Source: a virus
DNA: 28,620 bases
Direction: 5' to 3' (one strand)
IMG/VR virus record: IMGVR_UViG_3300050158_000039
Coordinates: 1-28,620 of that record
Made by a program: the position numbers and the translations under genes. Positions 16,306 through 25,398 of this stretch are shown here, piece by piece (the stretch's first letter is position 1; every line of letters begins with the position of its first letter). The notes under the pieces were generated by a model. That model did not search any database. It worked only from the letters and a program-made list of their open reading frames with translations, and was not told where the DNA came from.

Positions 16306-17439
16306 ATGACTATTACAGTTTATCGCTCAACAGACGTAGGTGCACCTACGTTTGCACCCAACGTCCAAGGCTCCCTAATCTCTGTGCTTGATGCATGCCT
16401 CGTTAACGGATATGGATCAAAGCCCAGCGCTGGATGGACTAAGGCATTCTCCGGAACACGTCCTGGATCTGTGGATCCGTGGGAAGGTGGAGAGTTCGCT
16501 GCTGCAGTGTATAAAATGCCAGCTGGTACCTCGGAAATGTATATGTACATTTCCGAAGCGAGGCACTCTTGGTACATTTGTGGATACGAAAACATCAGCA
16601 GTCTTGACCATACAACCGCCACAGGTCAGTTCCCTCGCTATAGCATGTTGTGGGATACCACCGGAGGTCACTATGGATGGTACGGATACAAAACTGAACA
16701 ACCGTGGCAGAGCGCTCCTCTAGTGTGGGAATTAGTGACTAATGGAAAGTTCTTCTTCTTTTTCTACCGTCCTCGTAGTCCAAACTACTGGGATAATGCA
16801 CACGGAGGACGACAGCGGGCACAAATGTGGTTTGGTGATTACCTTTCATACAAACCCGGAGACGCTTACAACTGCCTGTGTGCTGGCATGGGGCGTTCGT
16901 ATCCTACAGGTCAGCATTGCTTGGTTGAGTACTGGCTGAACGATGCATCCTACGGTGGCATTAATCAACCAATCTACCCGTCTGCAGGATTAGGACTGTA
17001 CGGTGGCAATGGGATTTACCCACTTAGCGCTGCACGCGGCGCTGACATGGCGATCAATGGTGTTCGTATGTACCCTATGTATAATTACCACATGCTGAGC
17101 GGCGAAGCGCAGAGTTACGGCGTTGGTTGGTCGGGATCGCTTTCTCTCCCAAATCCTGTGGACGGTGGTGTGTTTATGGAACCAATTCAGTTACGCGAAT
17201 ACATCTCTTCAACCGGACAACACGGCGTTCGCGGTAAAATTCCGGGCATCTACATGCTTCAGCACGGGCACTCATTGTTTGAACCCGGTGTTCCGTTCCA
17301 AGGAACGGGATCATATGCCGGTAAGCAATTTGAAGTGTTTGGGTCGTCTGGTTACTACTCTATGGGCGTGCCAACTTCGCGTGGTGGCATGTTCCCTGGG
17401 TTTGTCATTGAAACAACACCAACAGGCGACTGGACATGA
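16306..17439 (+). CDS. tail-fibre-associated structural protein
   Basis: YRSTDVGAP...LDACLVNGYG N-terminus and RGKIPGIY C-terminus, as in phage tail-associated proteins. Confidence 0.7.
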   Translation: MTITVYRSTDVGAPTFAPNVQGSLISVLDACLVNGYGSKPSAGWTKAFSGTRPGSVDPWEGGEFAAAVYKMPAGTSEMYMYISEARHSWYICGYENISSLDHTTATGQFPRYSMLWDTTGGHYGWYGYKTEQPWQSAPLVWELVTNGKFFFFFYRPRSPNYWDNAHGGRQRAQMWFGDYLSYKPGDAYNCLCAGMGRSYPTGQHCLVEYWLNDASYGGINQPIYPSAGLGLYGGNGIYPLSAARGADMAINGVRMYPMYNYHMLSGEAQSYGVGWSGSLSLPNPVDGGVFMEPIQLREYISSTGQHGVRGKIPGIYMLQHGHSLFEPGVPFQGTGSYAGKQFEVFGSSGYYSMGVPTSRGGMFPGFVIETTPTGDWT

Positions 17440-19286
17440 CAACATATCTACTCCCCAAACGGGGTGTTGGTAACTCTGTGACGTTTACTAACAACTTCAC
17501 AGTTACCAAAGACGCTCCGGTGGGTGACCAGTTTTCTCCACCACCAAACGCCTGGACAGACGGTGGGGGAGATACGTTTGACGAATCTGGGCCGATGGTT
17601 ATGCGGTTCCCAAGCTACGGTACAGGCACGTCAAATCTGTACATTCGAGCAGCGTTTAACACCGCAGATACAGTTATGACATTTGGGATGCAAGGAATTC
17701 CCAGTGACCCCGACCGGGCATCCATGGCATATGTGTCAGGATGGGCGACGGATGGAATCTGGTGTCTCGAGAATCACTGGGGGGGAAGTCAACCCGGAAC
17801 GTACTCATTCTATGCACCCACGGGCTACGACGGACCAGTGATAATGTCGGTACTCAAGACGCCGTACGTCATCGATGGTACGACGTATGAGTTAACGTCT
17901 GGTCTTTGGACTACATCCATCATAACGGGTCCGAGTACGGAATTTAATGTAACCCATACAGGAACTGGCTACGGTTGGTCGCTATCTAACAATAATACTA
18001 CTCTTAGTTTGGCACCTAACAATACGCTATCCAATGGTATTCATTTGACCAATCGTCCGGTGTCTTCTGGAAAGTGGTATTGGGAAATTGCCGTTCCGCA
18101 ATTAAGAGAAGATATTCTGTCTGTTAGTATTGGTCTCGTCAACGGTTTTGCTATATCGAACTACAACATGGCGACGTCTTCGTACGTTGGGGTGTTGACG
18201 GGGACACACAGCTATTCAAACGACGGAGTGCACCGAATGTACTACGGCGTTATTGCCTACCGAGCACCATTCGTTTCCGGGGACGTAATTTCGATTGCAC
18301 TTGATGCAGATACGCAACAGATTTGGTATGGGAAAAACGGCGTGTGGCTGTACGGAGATCCAAGTACAGCCACCGGCGGTGTTTCTACTGGCCCAGATTT
18401 TGGCGGCGGGGCTAAAGCTTACCCCGCTGTCAGCCTATTGAGTTCTACCACACTACCAACGTCAGTGACATTCAACAGTACGACTGCCTCATTCGCGTAC
18501 ACAGCGCCAACTGGATTCTCACCAATCAGCGATGCGCCCGAACTATTGACGCCTCTAAACAATGAAACGTACCTATCGTATACGTTTGTCCCTTACCGAG
18601 CTTCGGATAATTTGGCTGGCCAAAACCCAGTTCAATACTCCATCTTTGGCAGTGACGGAGCGTACGTCACTGCTACGGTTAATGAGGGATTTACTGTGTA
18701 TGTTAGCTGGGGTAAATCAAACCCACACGACTTACACACCTGGATTATCAATGATCTGGTAAAATCTGTGGATTTTGCTAATCCTCCAAATCCTGCGCTA
18801 GCGGCAACTAATTGGTTGACTCTCCCCGGCAACGTAAAGACGTATTCCAGCGCGGAGAATAGCATCCAAAAAGTAACCGATTATACGGTCAATCCTGTGA
18901 TGCCACGCCCGACGTATCTTTGGTCCGTGCCATACACCGGCAGGTTAGTTCCAGTGCCCATCAATACCACCGTCACTCATCGCCCTCGCGACGTACAGTG
19001 GAATCGCGACCAGTTGACAGCTCCAACGCTATGGACGGGGCGAGTGTCGGGGACTGTGATGGAGAATTCGGTCGCAGTTGGTGGAGCGATCGTTCGCTTG
19101 TACCGGCGCGAGACGGGGACACTCATCGATGCGGTCAGAACTGACACTGACGGACATTTTACGTTCTACCTGCTTGATCCGTCAATTAGCAACTATTATG
19201 TTGTTGCTCTTGATCCCGATTCAGGTGTGCAGTACAACGCAAAAATCTTTGACCGTCTGACGCCGTACGTAGGAGCACCAATCTAA
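17436..19286 (+). CDS. virion protein with SPRY-like and C-terminal prealbumin/carboxypeptidase-regulatory-like domains
   Basis: SGKWYWEI...GDVISIALD...IWYGKNG; VSGTV...VRLYRRETG...TDTDGHFTF. Confidence 0.75.
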   Translation: MTTYLLPKRGVGNSVTFTNNFTVTKDAPVGDQFSPPPNAWTDGGGDTFDESGPMVMRFPSYGTGTSNLYIRAAFNTADTVMTFGMQGIPSDPDRASMAYVSGWATDGIWCLENHWGGSQPGTYSFYAPTGYDGPVIMSVLKTPYVIDGTTYELTSGLWTTSIITGPSTEFNVTHTGTGYGWSLSNNNTTLSLAPNNTLSNGIHLTNRPVSSGKWYWEIAVPQLREDILSVSIGLVNGFAISNYNMATSSYVGVLTGTHSYSNDGVHRMYYGVIAYRAPFVSGDVISIALDADTQQIWYGKNGVWLYGDPSTATGGVSTGPDFGGGAKAYPAVSLLSSTTLPTSVTFNSTTASFAYTAPTGFSPISDAPELLTPLNNETYLSYTFVPYRASDNLAGQNPVQYSIFGSDGAYVTATVNEGFTVYVSWGKSNPHDLHTWIINDLVKSVDFANPPNPALAATNWLTLPGNVKTYSSAENSIQKVTDYTVNPVMPRPTYLWSVPYTGRLVPVPINTTVTHRPRDVQWNRDQLTAPTLWTGRVSGTVMENSVAVGGAIVRLYRRETGTLIDAVRTDTDGHFTFYLLDPSISNYYVVALDPDSGVQYNAKIFDRLTPYVGAPI

Positions 19287-19471
19287 TGTCATATACGCCA
19301 CCACCCTCAACCAGTGTACCTGTCGAGTTGATTGAAAGTGTGTCAGCTCCTGCATACACACCTCCTGCATCAACCAGCGTAGTAATGGACTTTGTTGTAG
19401 ATACATCATCGGGTGGTAGCGGAGGTGTATCAAACACATTCAGGAAGGTGAACTTCTTGTTCTTTGCATAA
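19286..19471 (+). CDS. small protein with duplicated YTPPxSTSV motif
   Basis: TAATG coupling to the upstream gene. Confidence 0.65.
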   Translation: MSYTPPPSTSVPVELIESVSAPAYTPPASTSVVMDFVVDTSSGGSGGVSNTFRKVNFLFFA

Positions 19472-19496
19472 AAAAAGGGGCCTAGGCCCCTTTTTT
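19470..19496. terminator. bidirectional terminator
   Basis: A-tract, GGGGCCTAGGCCCC, T-tract between convergent genes. Confidence 0.88.
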
Positions 19497-19710
19497 ATCC
19501 CTTCTTTGATTCAGGGCTGATCTTCACCTTCGCGCCCTTTAGTGCCCACACTTGGTGCTCACCTTGGCCGTATCCGCGCCACTCCGACGAAAGTTCGAAC
19601 TCGACAGAGTCAACTGTGAGAGGAGCGAATTGCCGTTCTACCGCCTCCTTTACGAGCTTTTCCAGCTCCGCTGGCGAAACGTCAACTGTGGTGTTGTGCA
19701 GCAGATCCAT
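19495..19710 (-). CDS. hypothetical protein
   Basis: Starts 3 nt after the NAMPT stop codon. Confidence 0.65.
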   Translation of the reverse strand: MDLLHNTTVDVSPAELEKLVKEAVERQFAPLTVDSVEFELSSEWRGYGQGEHQVWALKGAKVKISPESKKG

Positions 19711-19713
19711 GAT

Positions 19714-21150
19714 TTACGCCCTTTCGCTGTTGGCACGAACCTCTTCGAACGTGTATTCCTTGAGGATCTTGCCGTTACGGAACACCTCAACAAGCACGTT
19801 TTCAGTCGGAGTCTTGATGAAATCATCCTCCGGCAGCGTGTAGTACTTGCCATCCGACAACGTGCGGACGAGCTTCAGGCGTCCTCGCTTGGAGCGCTTG
19901 CCGCTGTCAGTGATCGGATCCTTGTACACGTCGTACCAGCGAGTCGTCTTGTTGCCCCAAGACGCATCATCGTCTTGTTCGTGGAAGCCGTTAATGGCAA
20001 TCGCAGAGCACTTCATCGCGAACTTTTGCGTGTCGCGGTTGATACCTTGCAGCAGAGCACCGCCCATACCGAACGCCACGTTGTCGGCACTGTAACCAGC
20101 ATCGATCAGAGCCTTCAGGATTTCACGGATCGATTCCTCGTTGATGCCGTCGCCTTGGATCACACGGACGTGGTTCAGCACCTTGTAGCCCTTAGCATTC
20201 ACCACCGAACCGAACTGCTTGTCGAGAATCTGGACGACCTTCAGCACCACGGTTGCGGGATGACCCGAGTCAGGACGCACGACCAGCATGCCACCACCTG
20301 CGATCACTTCTGCCTTCAGCTCCTTGCCCCAGATGTTTTCGCACGCGTTGTAGATGTCGTATGAGTCAGACACCACTGCGTAGATTGATCCAGGCTTGCT
20401 GAACTGCTTGATCATGTTGCGGTACGCTTCCGCTTCACCCTTACGGCCGAACGGAGTGATCGTGCTGTGCTCAGCAGCAGGAATCGAGAAGCCGACCATT
20501 GCCTTGGTGTTGTAGTACTTGCGCGCGAACAGGATGCCAGTGATCGTGTCCGAGCCCATGAAGTTGACCAAGTGAGCCGCACCGCCAAGACCAGCGGATT
20601 CATACGAGCTGACGCCGCGAGCACCGAAGTCGTGCAGCTTGAACGGCAGACCAGCAACATCGCCAGTCAGTTCGAGCGCTTCCTTGATCACTTGCTTGAT
20701 CGACCAGCTTTGGGTGGCAACAGTGGTCATATACCACACAGCACGCAGGATCATCGTTTCGCAGTACGAAACCAGCCAAGCGCACTTGTCGTCAGTGGAT
20801 TCCACCGTGACGAGGACGTTGTGGGTCGGGATGATGAGGCCTTCGGGAACAGCCTTGATCGACAGTGGCAGATAGCCGTCATACTTTTCCAGGATGTATT
20901 CCCAACCTTCGCGGTTGAAAGGCTCACCGTGTGCTGCGAGAAACTCAGCAGCTTCTTCGATATCTTCGCGAGTGATCGGCTTACACAGCGTTTCCTTCAA
21001 CAGTGGCTGAAGACCGACAAACTCTGTCTTGTCATACACACCACCACGACTCTCGATGTACGAGAACTGGTTCACAGTGCCAGGAGGGGTTTGTAGGAAG
21101 TGACTCGGCTTGTACGAGTCAGTGTTGAGAATCAGATTGATTAGAGACAT
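19714..21150 (-). CDS. nadV: nicotinamide phosphoribosyltransferase (NAMPT)
   Basis: TDSYKPSH, LHDFGARG, SIPAAEHS, VSDSYD, VRPDSG, IQGDG, FGMGGALLQ; AAGGAG RBS. Confidence 0.95.
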   Translation of the reverse strand: MSLINLILNTDSYKPSHFLQTPPGTVNQFSYIESRGGVYDKTEFVGLQPLLKETLCKPITREDIEEAAEFLAAHGEPFNREGWEYILEKYDGYLPLSIKAVPEGLIIPTHNVLVTVESTDDKCAWLVSYCETMILRAVWYMTTVATQSWSIKQVIKEALELTGDVAGLPFKLHDFGARGVSSYESAGLGGAAHLVNFMGSDTITGILFARKYYNTKAMVGFSIPAAEHSTITPFGRKGEAEAYRNMIKQFSKPGSIYAVVSDSYDIYNACENIWGKELKAEVIAGGGMLVVRPDSGHPATVVLKVVQILDKQFGSVVNAKGYKVLNHVRVIQGDGINEESIREILKALIDAGYSADNVAFGMGGALLQGINRDTQKFAMKCSAIAINGFHEQDDDASWGNKTTRWYDVYKDPITDSGKRSKRGRLKLVRTLSDGKYYTLPEDDFIKTPTENVLVEVFRNGKILKEYTFEEVRANSERA

Positions 21151-21251
21151 GGCAAAACTCCTTTGCATGATGGTGATGCATCACCAGTCTATCCGGTGAG
21201 CGATTTTTGTCGGTGTTTGAGGTTCCGACCTCCTATCTCTTCATGCTGAAG

Positions 21252-21280
21252 ATGATATAGCACTCCGCCATCATCGTCAA
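21252..21280 (-). promoter_or_regulatory. sigma70 promoter for NAMPT
   Basis: TTGACG-17-TATCAT. Confidence 0.7.
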
Positions 21281-21325
21281 CTGCCCTTATATATGACTCG
21301 ATTAAGGGGTAATCGAAAAGAAAAG

Positions 21326-21681
21326 TGATAAGCTATCTGTAGCCGGGGTTCTGTGCGCACGAATGCGTGTCTATCATTTATCTACGCGCTTGCTGATCCG
21401 TACAGCGTACTGGACGGTGGCTGCTTACGTCCTCCCTGGGTTTCAATCCAGATCAATGGTGCATCAACCCGTTCCCTCGGCGAGTAGCGTCAACGAGAAC
21501 TGTTTGACTTGCTGCGGTGATCGTTGTGGTATGAGCGAAGATGTCGCAAGTATGGAGTTGCCTCCTGCCTTCTCTGCGCCTCACGGTTAGCAGCATCTTC
21601 TCCCACAGAGCGATCGCTCCTACTCTGTGCAGCCCCGAACTTCCTCAAGCATTTCTGCCTGCGATAGACCGATGCTTATCA
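21326..21681 (-). ncRNA. rnpB: RNase P RNA (divergent bacterial type)
   Basis: P1 TGATAAGC/GCTTATCA; CR-I GAGGAAGTTCGGGGC; CR-IV TAGATAAATGA; CR-V ACAGAACCCCGGCTAC; about 356 nt. Confidence 0.88.
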
Positions 21682-22158
21682 GTACTTACGAGTCGGTGGA
21701 ATCCACCGATACCAATCTTTGACCTCTTGAACGATCGGTTCAAAATTGTCGTGAACTGTGACAGTAGGATACTCCATCTCTAACTGCTTTTCAACGTCAA
21801 ACTTACGGGGGTAAGCTGGGTGGCAGCCAACAAACATTGTTCGCCGAGCAACTGACGCCTGTCCAAGTTCAAACAGCGTGATTGGACACAGTGTGTTGTA
21901 CGGGAACCAAAAGATCATGGCGTCGCACATACGAATGTGACGATACTCCCAATCAATCTGAAACTCAGACTGCGTGGGATCAGAAATGTCAAACGATGAG
22001 CGGCGTGGGTTGACCAGAACGAAGTCGTCAGGCATGTATTTGAACCGGTCAATCATTTCCTTTTGCCAATCTGGGCACCCCGAAATGCCGCCGCCGAGGA
22101 AGACGCGCACAGAGCCATCATTCTTCGTCAATTCAGTAGGACACTCAATTACTTTCAT
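21679..22158 (-). CDS. nucleoside 2-deoxyribosyltransferase-like protein
   Basis: VFLGGGI.GCPDWQ, NPRR, QIDWEY, FWFP..TLCPITLFELG. Confidence 0.85.
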   Translation of the reverse strand: MKVIECPTELTKNDGSVRVFLGGGISGCPDWQKEMIDRFKYMPDDFVLVNPRRSSFDISDPTQSEFQIDWEYRHIRMCDAMIFWFPYNTLCPITLFELGQASVARRTMFVGCHPAYPRKFDVEKQLEMEYPTVTVHDNFEPIVQEVKDWYRWIPPTRKY

Positions 22159-22768
22159 CATCGTTCTCCGCTTGTTTCAACACGGGGTATAACTGTTCAG
22201 CTAACGTTCCCATTTTGGAGTGATCACCAGGATCTCTTCCAGCCGTACGCATGATTTCACTGCATTTGTGCCAGTTGATCAATCCTGCTATTGTGTGTCC
22301 AGCTTCGCTCATACCAATCTCGAGATACATCCGGCACTCTAGGTAGTTGCGCCATGAGAATCCTTCATATGTGTCACACTTGACGGCGTTACGTACGAAT
22401 TCAGGGGGGAGGTATTCATCTTCAATCGCAACGTAGTGCGACACTTCTGGGTGGTTATCCAACCACCACCGGATTTCATGACACCGGTAACTGGACAACT
22501 TACGGGGTGTGATCCAATCTTCGTGCAGAAACGTCTCATCAATTCCGTTTGCTGCTAGGACTTGGACAACAGCATCGCGGCCTTTTACGCCCCACGTACT
22601 AGAAATCACCAACTTGGCATTAGCGTCTTCCAATAGTCGCAACAACAGGGAAACAGCGCATGGATCAAATACCGTCACCAGCGGCTTAGTTTGGTTAAGC
22701 ATGTAGTATGCTCGAACCGGAATCATTGGACCATCAATGTCCAAGAAAATAATTTTGGGGTTAGTCAT
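22145..22768 (-). CDS. HAD-family phosphatase (Swiss-army-knife RNA-repair type)
   Basis: IIFLDIDG, LVISSTW, EIRWWL...YVAIED. Confidence 0.8.
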   Translation of the reverse strand: MTNPKIIFLDIDGPMIPVRAYYMLNQTKPLVTVFDPCAVSLLLRLLEDANAKLVISSTWGVKGRDAVVQVLAANGIDETFLHEDWITPRKLSSYRCHEIRWWLDNHPEVSHYVAIEDEYLPPEFVRNAVKCDTYEGFSWRNYLECRMYLEIGMSEAGHTIAGLINWHKCSEIMRTAGRDPGDHSKMGTLAEQLYPVLKQAENDDESN

Positions 22769-22796
22769 TATGACTATTATACGAGGCGGCGCTGGA

Positions 22797-23027
22797 TTAT
22801 TCAACAGACCACGTAAACCGCTCATATGTGCCCGATTGCGCATTGACAAATCGACTGAAATAAGACAATGCGACTGACTCACTCGGAAACAGCCTCATCA
22901 GCGATTCCGCACCGATTGCGCCAGAACCCGTCCAAGCAAACCGATGAGATACTGGAACGAACGGCCCACCATATCCCATGGTAGCGCCTTCAGCGTCAAT
23001 TACTGTGATGTACTTGACTGGTTTCAT
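22797..23027 (-). CDS. hypothetical protein
   Basis: ORF filling the gap, in the same orientation as its neighbours. Confidence 0.45.
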   Translation of the reverse strand: MKPVKYITVIDAEGATMGYGGPFVPVSHRFAWTGSGAIGAESLMRLFPSESVALSYFSRFVNAQSGTYERFTWSVE

Positions 23028-23032
23028 TTATG

Positions 23033-23066
23033 TGCCCCCGACAGGAATCGAACCTGTATCTGAACA
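23033..23066 (-). pseudogene. 3' half of a split tRNA (Arg-like body)
   Basis: TGTTC-AGAT-ACAGGTTCGATTCCTGT-CGGGGGC-A; pairs with 23620-23651. Confidence 0.8.
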
Positions 23067-23088
23067 TGACCGATACATAAATACCTCT

Positions 23089-23586
23089 ATGAAAAACTGC
23101 CTTAATTGCGCTACAGAACTGACATCACCCCACGCCCGAAAGTTTTGCTCTCGATCATGTTCGTGCACATTTAATCGTAACCGGTTGAGCACCGGACGAT
23201 ACGCCCCCAAATCCTGCTCCTGGTGTGGTGCGCTTACAACAAATCCGAAGTTTTGTTCTAAACAGTGCATGGGTTTAGCCAAGGTCAAATATCATACTGA
23301 CGAATCACGTTTAACCGCACAACGCGCGCTTGGACGAGAGGCGGTCGCTAGATACCACGCTAAAAAGAAGTACCAAACACCAGTGGATGCAGATTTAACA
23401 GCCATTAAGTTGTTTTACGCAAATTGTCCTGATGGATTCGAGATCGATCACATCATTCCAATATCAAAAGGTGGATTACACACGCTTAGCAATTTGCAGT
23501 ATCTTACCAAAGCGGACAATCGATCAAAGTCGGCAAAACTTGATTGGTGCCACCAGAGGGATTTGAACCCTCAAACATCACCTTAG
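23089..23586 (+). CDS. HNH endonuclease with zinc-finger repeats
   Basis: FCSRSC and FCSKQC; EIDHIIPISKGGLHTLSNLQYL...NRSK; ATAAATA at 23077-23083. Confidence 0.88.
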   Translation: MKNCLNCATELTSPHARKFCSRSCSCTFNRNRLSTGRYAPKSCSWCGALTTNPKFCSKQCMGLAKVKYHTDESRLTAQRALGREAVARYHAKKKYQTPVDADLTAIKLFYANCPDGFEIDHIIPISKGGLHTLSNLQYLTKADNRSKSAKLDWCHQRDLNPQTSP

Positions 23587-23619
23587 GAGGGTGAGACCTA
23601 TCCAGTAGGAGTTGGTGGC
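23545..23619 (-). tRNA. tRNA-Arg(CCU), nested inside the split tRNA
   Basis: TCACC-CTCCTAA-GGTGA; acceptor GCCACCA/TGGTGGC-ACCA. Confidence 0.85.
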
Positions 23620-23651
23620 GTGTCCCGTTCTGTCCATTGAACTACAGGGAC
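23620..23651 (-). pseudogene. 5' half of the split tRNA (Arg-like body)
   Basis: GTCCCTG-TA-GTTCAATGGACAGAAC-G-GGACA-C. Confidence 0.8.
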
Positions 23652-23703
23652 ATTATGACTGACACGACATTTCGGCTTTACTTGCCTGGTGTGGGACGTC
23701 AGT

Positions 23704-23793
23704 TGGAGGAAGATAATGGAATCGAACCATCCCCGATTCATCACCGAGGGCCGAGCTTTCGAGACTCGTTATGCACCATGCATGCTATCTTCC
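23704..23793 (-). tRNA. tRNA-Ser(CGA)
   Basis: CGAGT-CTCGAAA-GCTCG; long variable arm; CCA. Confidence 0.85.
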
Positions 23794-23828
23794 GTTTAGT
23801 GGGGTATTTACTACCCCACTCTTGTTCC

Positions 23829-24383
23829 TTAGAACTTGTACGACACAGCAGTCGTCAGGCCGTTACCGACGAGAGACGAACCAGTGACGTTTGTGCGAGC
23901 AACGCCAGCGCGAATCGACACAGCCTTCGACACAGCGAAGTCAGCACCGACGGTGAAGCGGTTGGCAACAGCAGTATTGTCTTCACGGAAGTGCTCAACA
24001 CCAGCGAAAGCCGTGACGGTCTGGGTGACCGGCAGAGTGCCTTCAGCAGCAACACGGAACGCGTCAGTCTTCGTCTCAATCAGATGAGCAAAGGCAACAC
24101 GACCGTTCAGGCCGACGGCGCCCAGCTTGACACCGTTGCTGTAGCCGATTTCGTAGCCAGCTTGGGTCTGACGACCAGGGGTGTACGAACGGTCGCCAAG
24201 AACGGCGACGTCAACAGCGCCTGCAGCGCCATAAGCGGCCTTGACACCAACAGCACCGAGATGGTTGCTGAGGGCGACACTTTCAGCCTTGTCGTAGTCA
24301 TACTTGACAAAACCAGTCAGGTCAGCAGCGGAGGCTGCAACAGCAGCGAGTGCCAGAACAGCACCAAAAACAGTCTTCTTCAT
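23829..24383 (-). CDS. small outer-membrane beta-barrel protein
   Basis: Signal peptide ending ASA/A, alternating beta-strand pattern, C-terminal VSYKF. Confidence 0.8.
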   Translation of the reverse strand: MKKTVFGAVLALAAVAASAADLTGFVKYDYDKAESVALSNHLGAVGVKAAYGAAGAVDVAVLGDRSYTPGRQTQAGYEIGYSNGVKLGAVGLNGRVAFAHLIETKTDAFRVAAEGTLPVTQTVTAFAGVEHFREDNTAVANRFTVGADFAVSKAVSIRAGVARTNVTGSSLVGNGLTTAVSYKF

Positions 24384-24471
24384 ATCGATTCCTTTTCAAA
24401 AATTTCAGTATGCGAACATACCGAAGTAAGCAGTGTAATGTAGGGTGACGGGAATGTCAACGATTACACTA

Positions 24472-24789
24472 TTACAGATGAGATTCCACCATGGAATTCA
24501 GCTTTGGTTGGGTGATGTTGCCCACGTTTGTCTGAACAGGCTGACCATCTTTGAATAGGATCAGGGTTGGGATGCCACGAACACCATACTTGGCACCGAT
24601 CGCCGAATCGTCAACGTTCACCTTGACGACCTTGATCTGGTCAGCATATTGTTCTGCAACTTTTTCTAGAGTAGGAGCTAGAGCCTTACACGGAGCACAC
24701 CAGGGCGCCCAAAAGTCAACCAGCACTGGCTGCTTGCTTTGAAGTACTTCTGTTTCAAAAGCGTCAGCGGTTGCTACATCAATCATCAA
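24472..24789 (-). CDS. trxA: thioredoxin
   Basis: VDFWAPWCAPCK, GIPTLILFKDG. Confidence 0.93.
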   Translation of the reverse strand: MMIDVATADAFETEVLQSKQPVLVDFWAPWCAPCKALAPTLEKVAEQYADQIKVVKVNVDDSAIGAKYGVRGIPTLILFKDGQPVQTNVGNITQPKLNSMVESHL

Positions 24790-24800
24790 TTATCCTTATG

Positions 24801-25100
24801 TTAGTCGTAATTTTCACCCTCTGATAGGGCTGTCTTGATTTCACGTATAGTATCGTACGACCAAACGTATGAAGAGTCAAGCTCATACACGACAATACAG
24901 GGAACGTATTCCAACTCGTCGTGGAAGTCTTCCCCGTAATCTCGCAATAGCACTTCAATATCGTGAGCGGTTAGTCCTTCTGCGGCGACAGATTGGAATT
25001 CTGATGCTGCAGCTTTTAGTGTGGAGAATACGCCGCACAGATGACCTTCGTGATCTTGGACAACGTATACGTATTTCGGTTTACTTTGACGCTGCGGCAT
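24801..25100 (-). CDS. hypothetical protein
   Basis: ORF in an operon-like arrangement. Confidence 0.6.
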   Translation of the reverse strand: MPQRQSKPKYVYVVQDHEGHLCGVFSTLKAAASEFQSVAAEGLTAHDIEVLLRDYGEDFHDELEYVPCIVVYELDSSYVWSYDTIREIKTALSEGENYD

Positions 25101-25102
25101 AA

Positions 25103-25342
25103 TCACATGAACTTGATTCTTGCATCTGCTGGAATGCGGTCTTTGCGATTTTGTTTGAATGAGACGGCAGCGTCATCGTCTTTGAACGGACCAGCGAGCT
25201 TCTTCCCAGTAGCTCGGTCAATGATCCAATGACCTTTTGTGCGAGTCATTCTGTCGAGTCCAGCACCCCGTTCTCGGGCTTGTGCTTGGTGAGCCAAATA
25301 TAGATCACCTGCATCTATTTCCATAACATCTTGCCACTTCAT
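25103..25342 (-). CDS. hypothetical late protein
   Basis: GGAG RBS, ATAAATA at 25366-25372. Confidence 0.65.
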   Translation of the reverse strand: MKWQDVMEIDAGDLYLAHQAQARERGAGLDRMTRTKGHWIIDRATGKKLAGPFKDDDAAVSFKQNRKDRIPADARIKFM

Positions 25343-25398
25343 AGCATCTCCAGTGAGTGATGCTATATTTATGGAATTCTGGGAATCTCAACCTTAAT

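Noticed and set aside
12926-19471. Diversity-generating retroelement or invertible tail-fibre switch
   Set aside because: No reverse transcriptase, invertase or template/variable repeat pair seen in the window.
19552-21096. Long antisense ORFs opposite NAMPT (also opposite cca and the beta-barrel gene)
   Set aside because: Shadow frames of strongly codon-biased genes.
23033-23651. tmRNA
   Set aside because: tRNA-like ends flank a long interior, but there is no G3:U70 Ala acceptor, a full D-arm is present, and the interior is a tRNA plus an antisense HNH gene with no evident tag ORF.
23658-23703. Small ACTGAC/GTCAGT-closed stem between tRNA genes
   Set aside because: Too short and weak to distinguish from a spacer.
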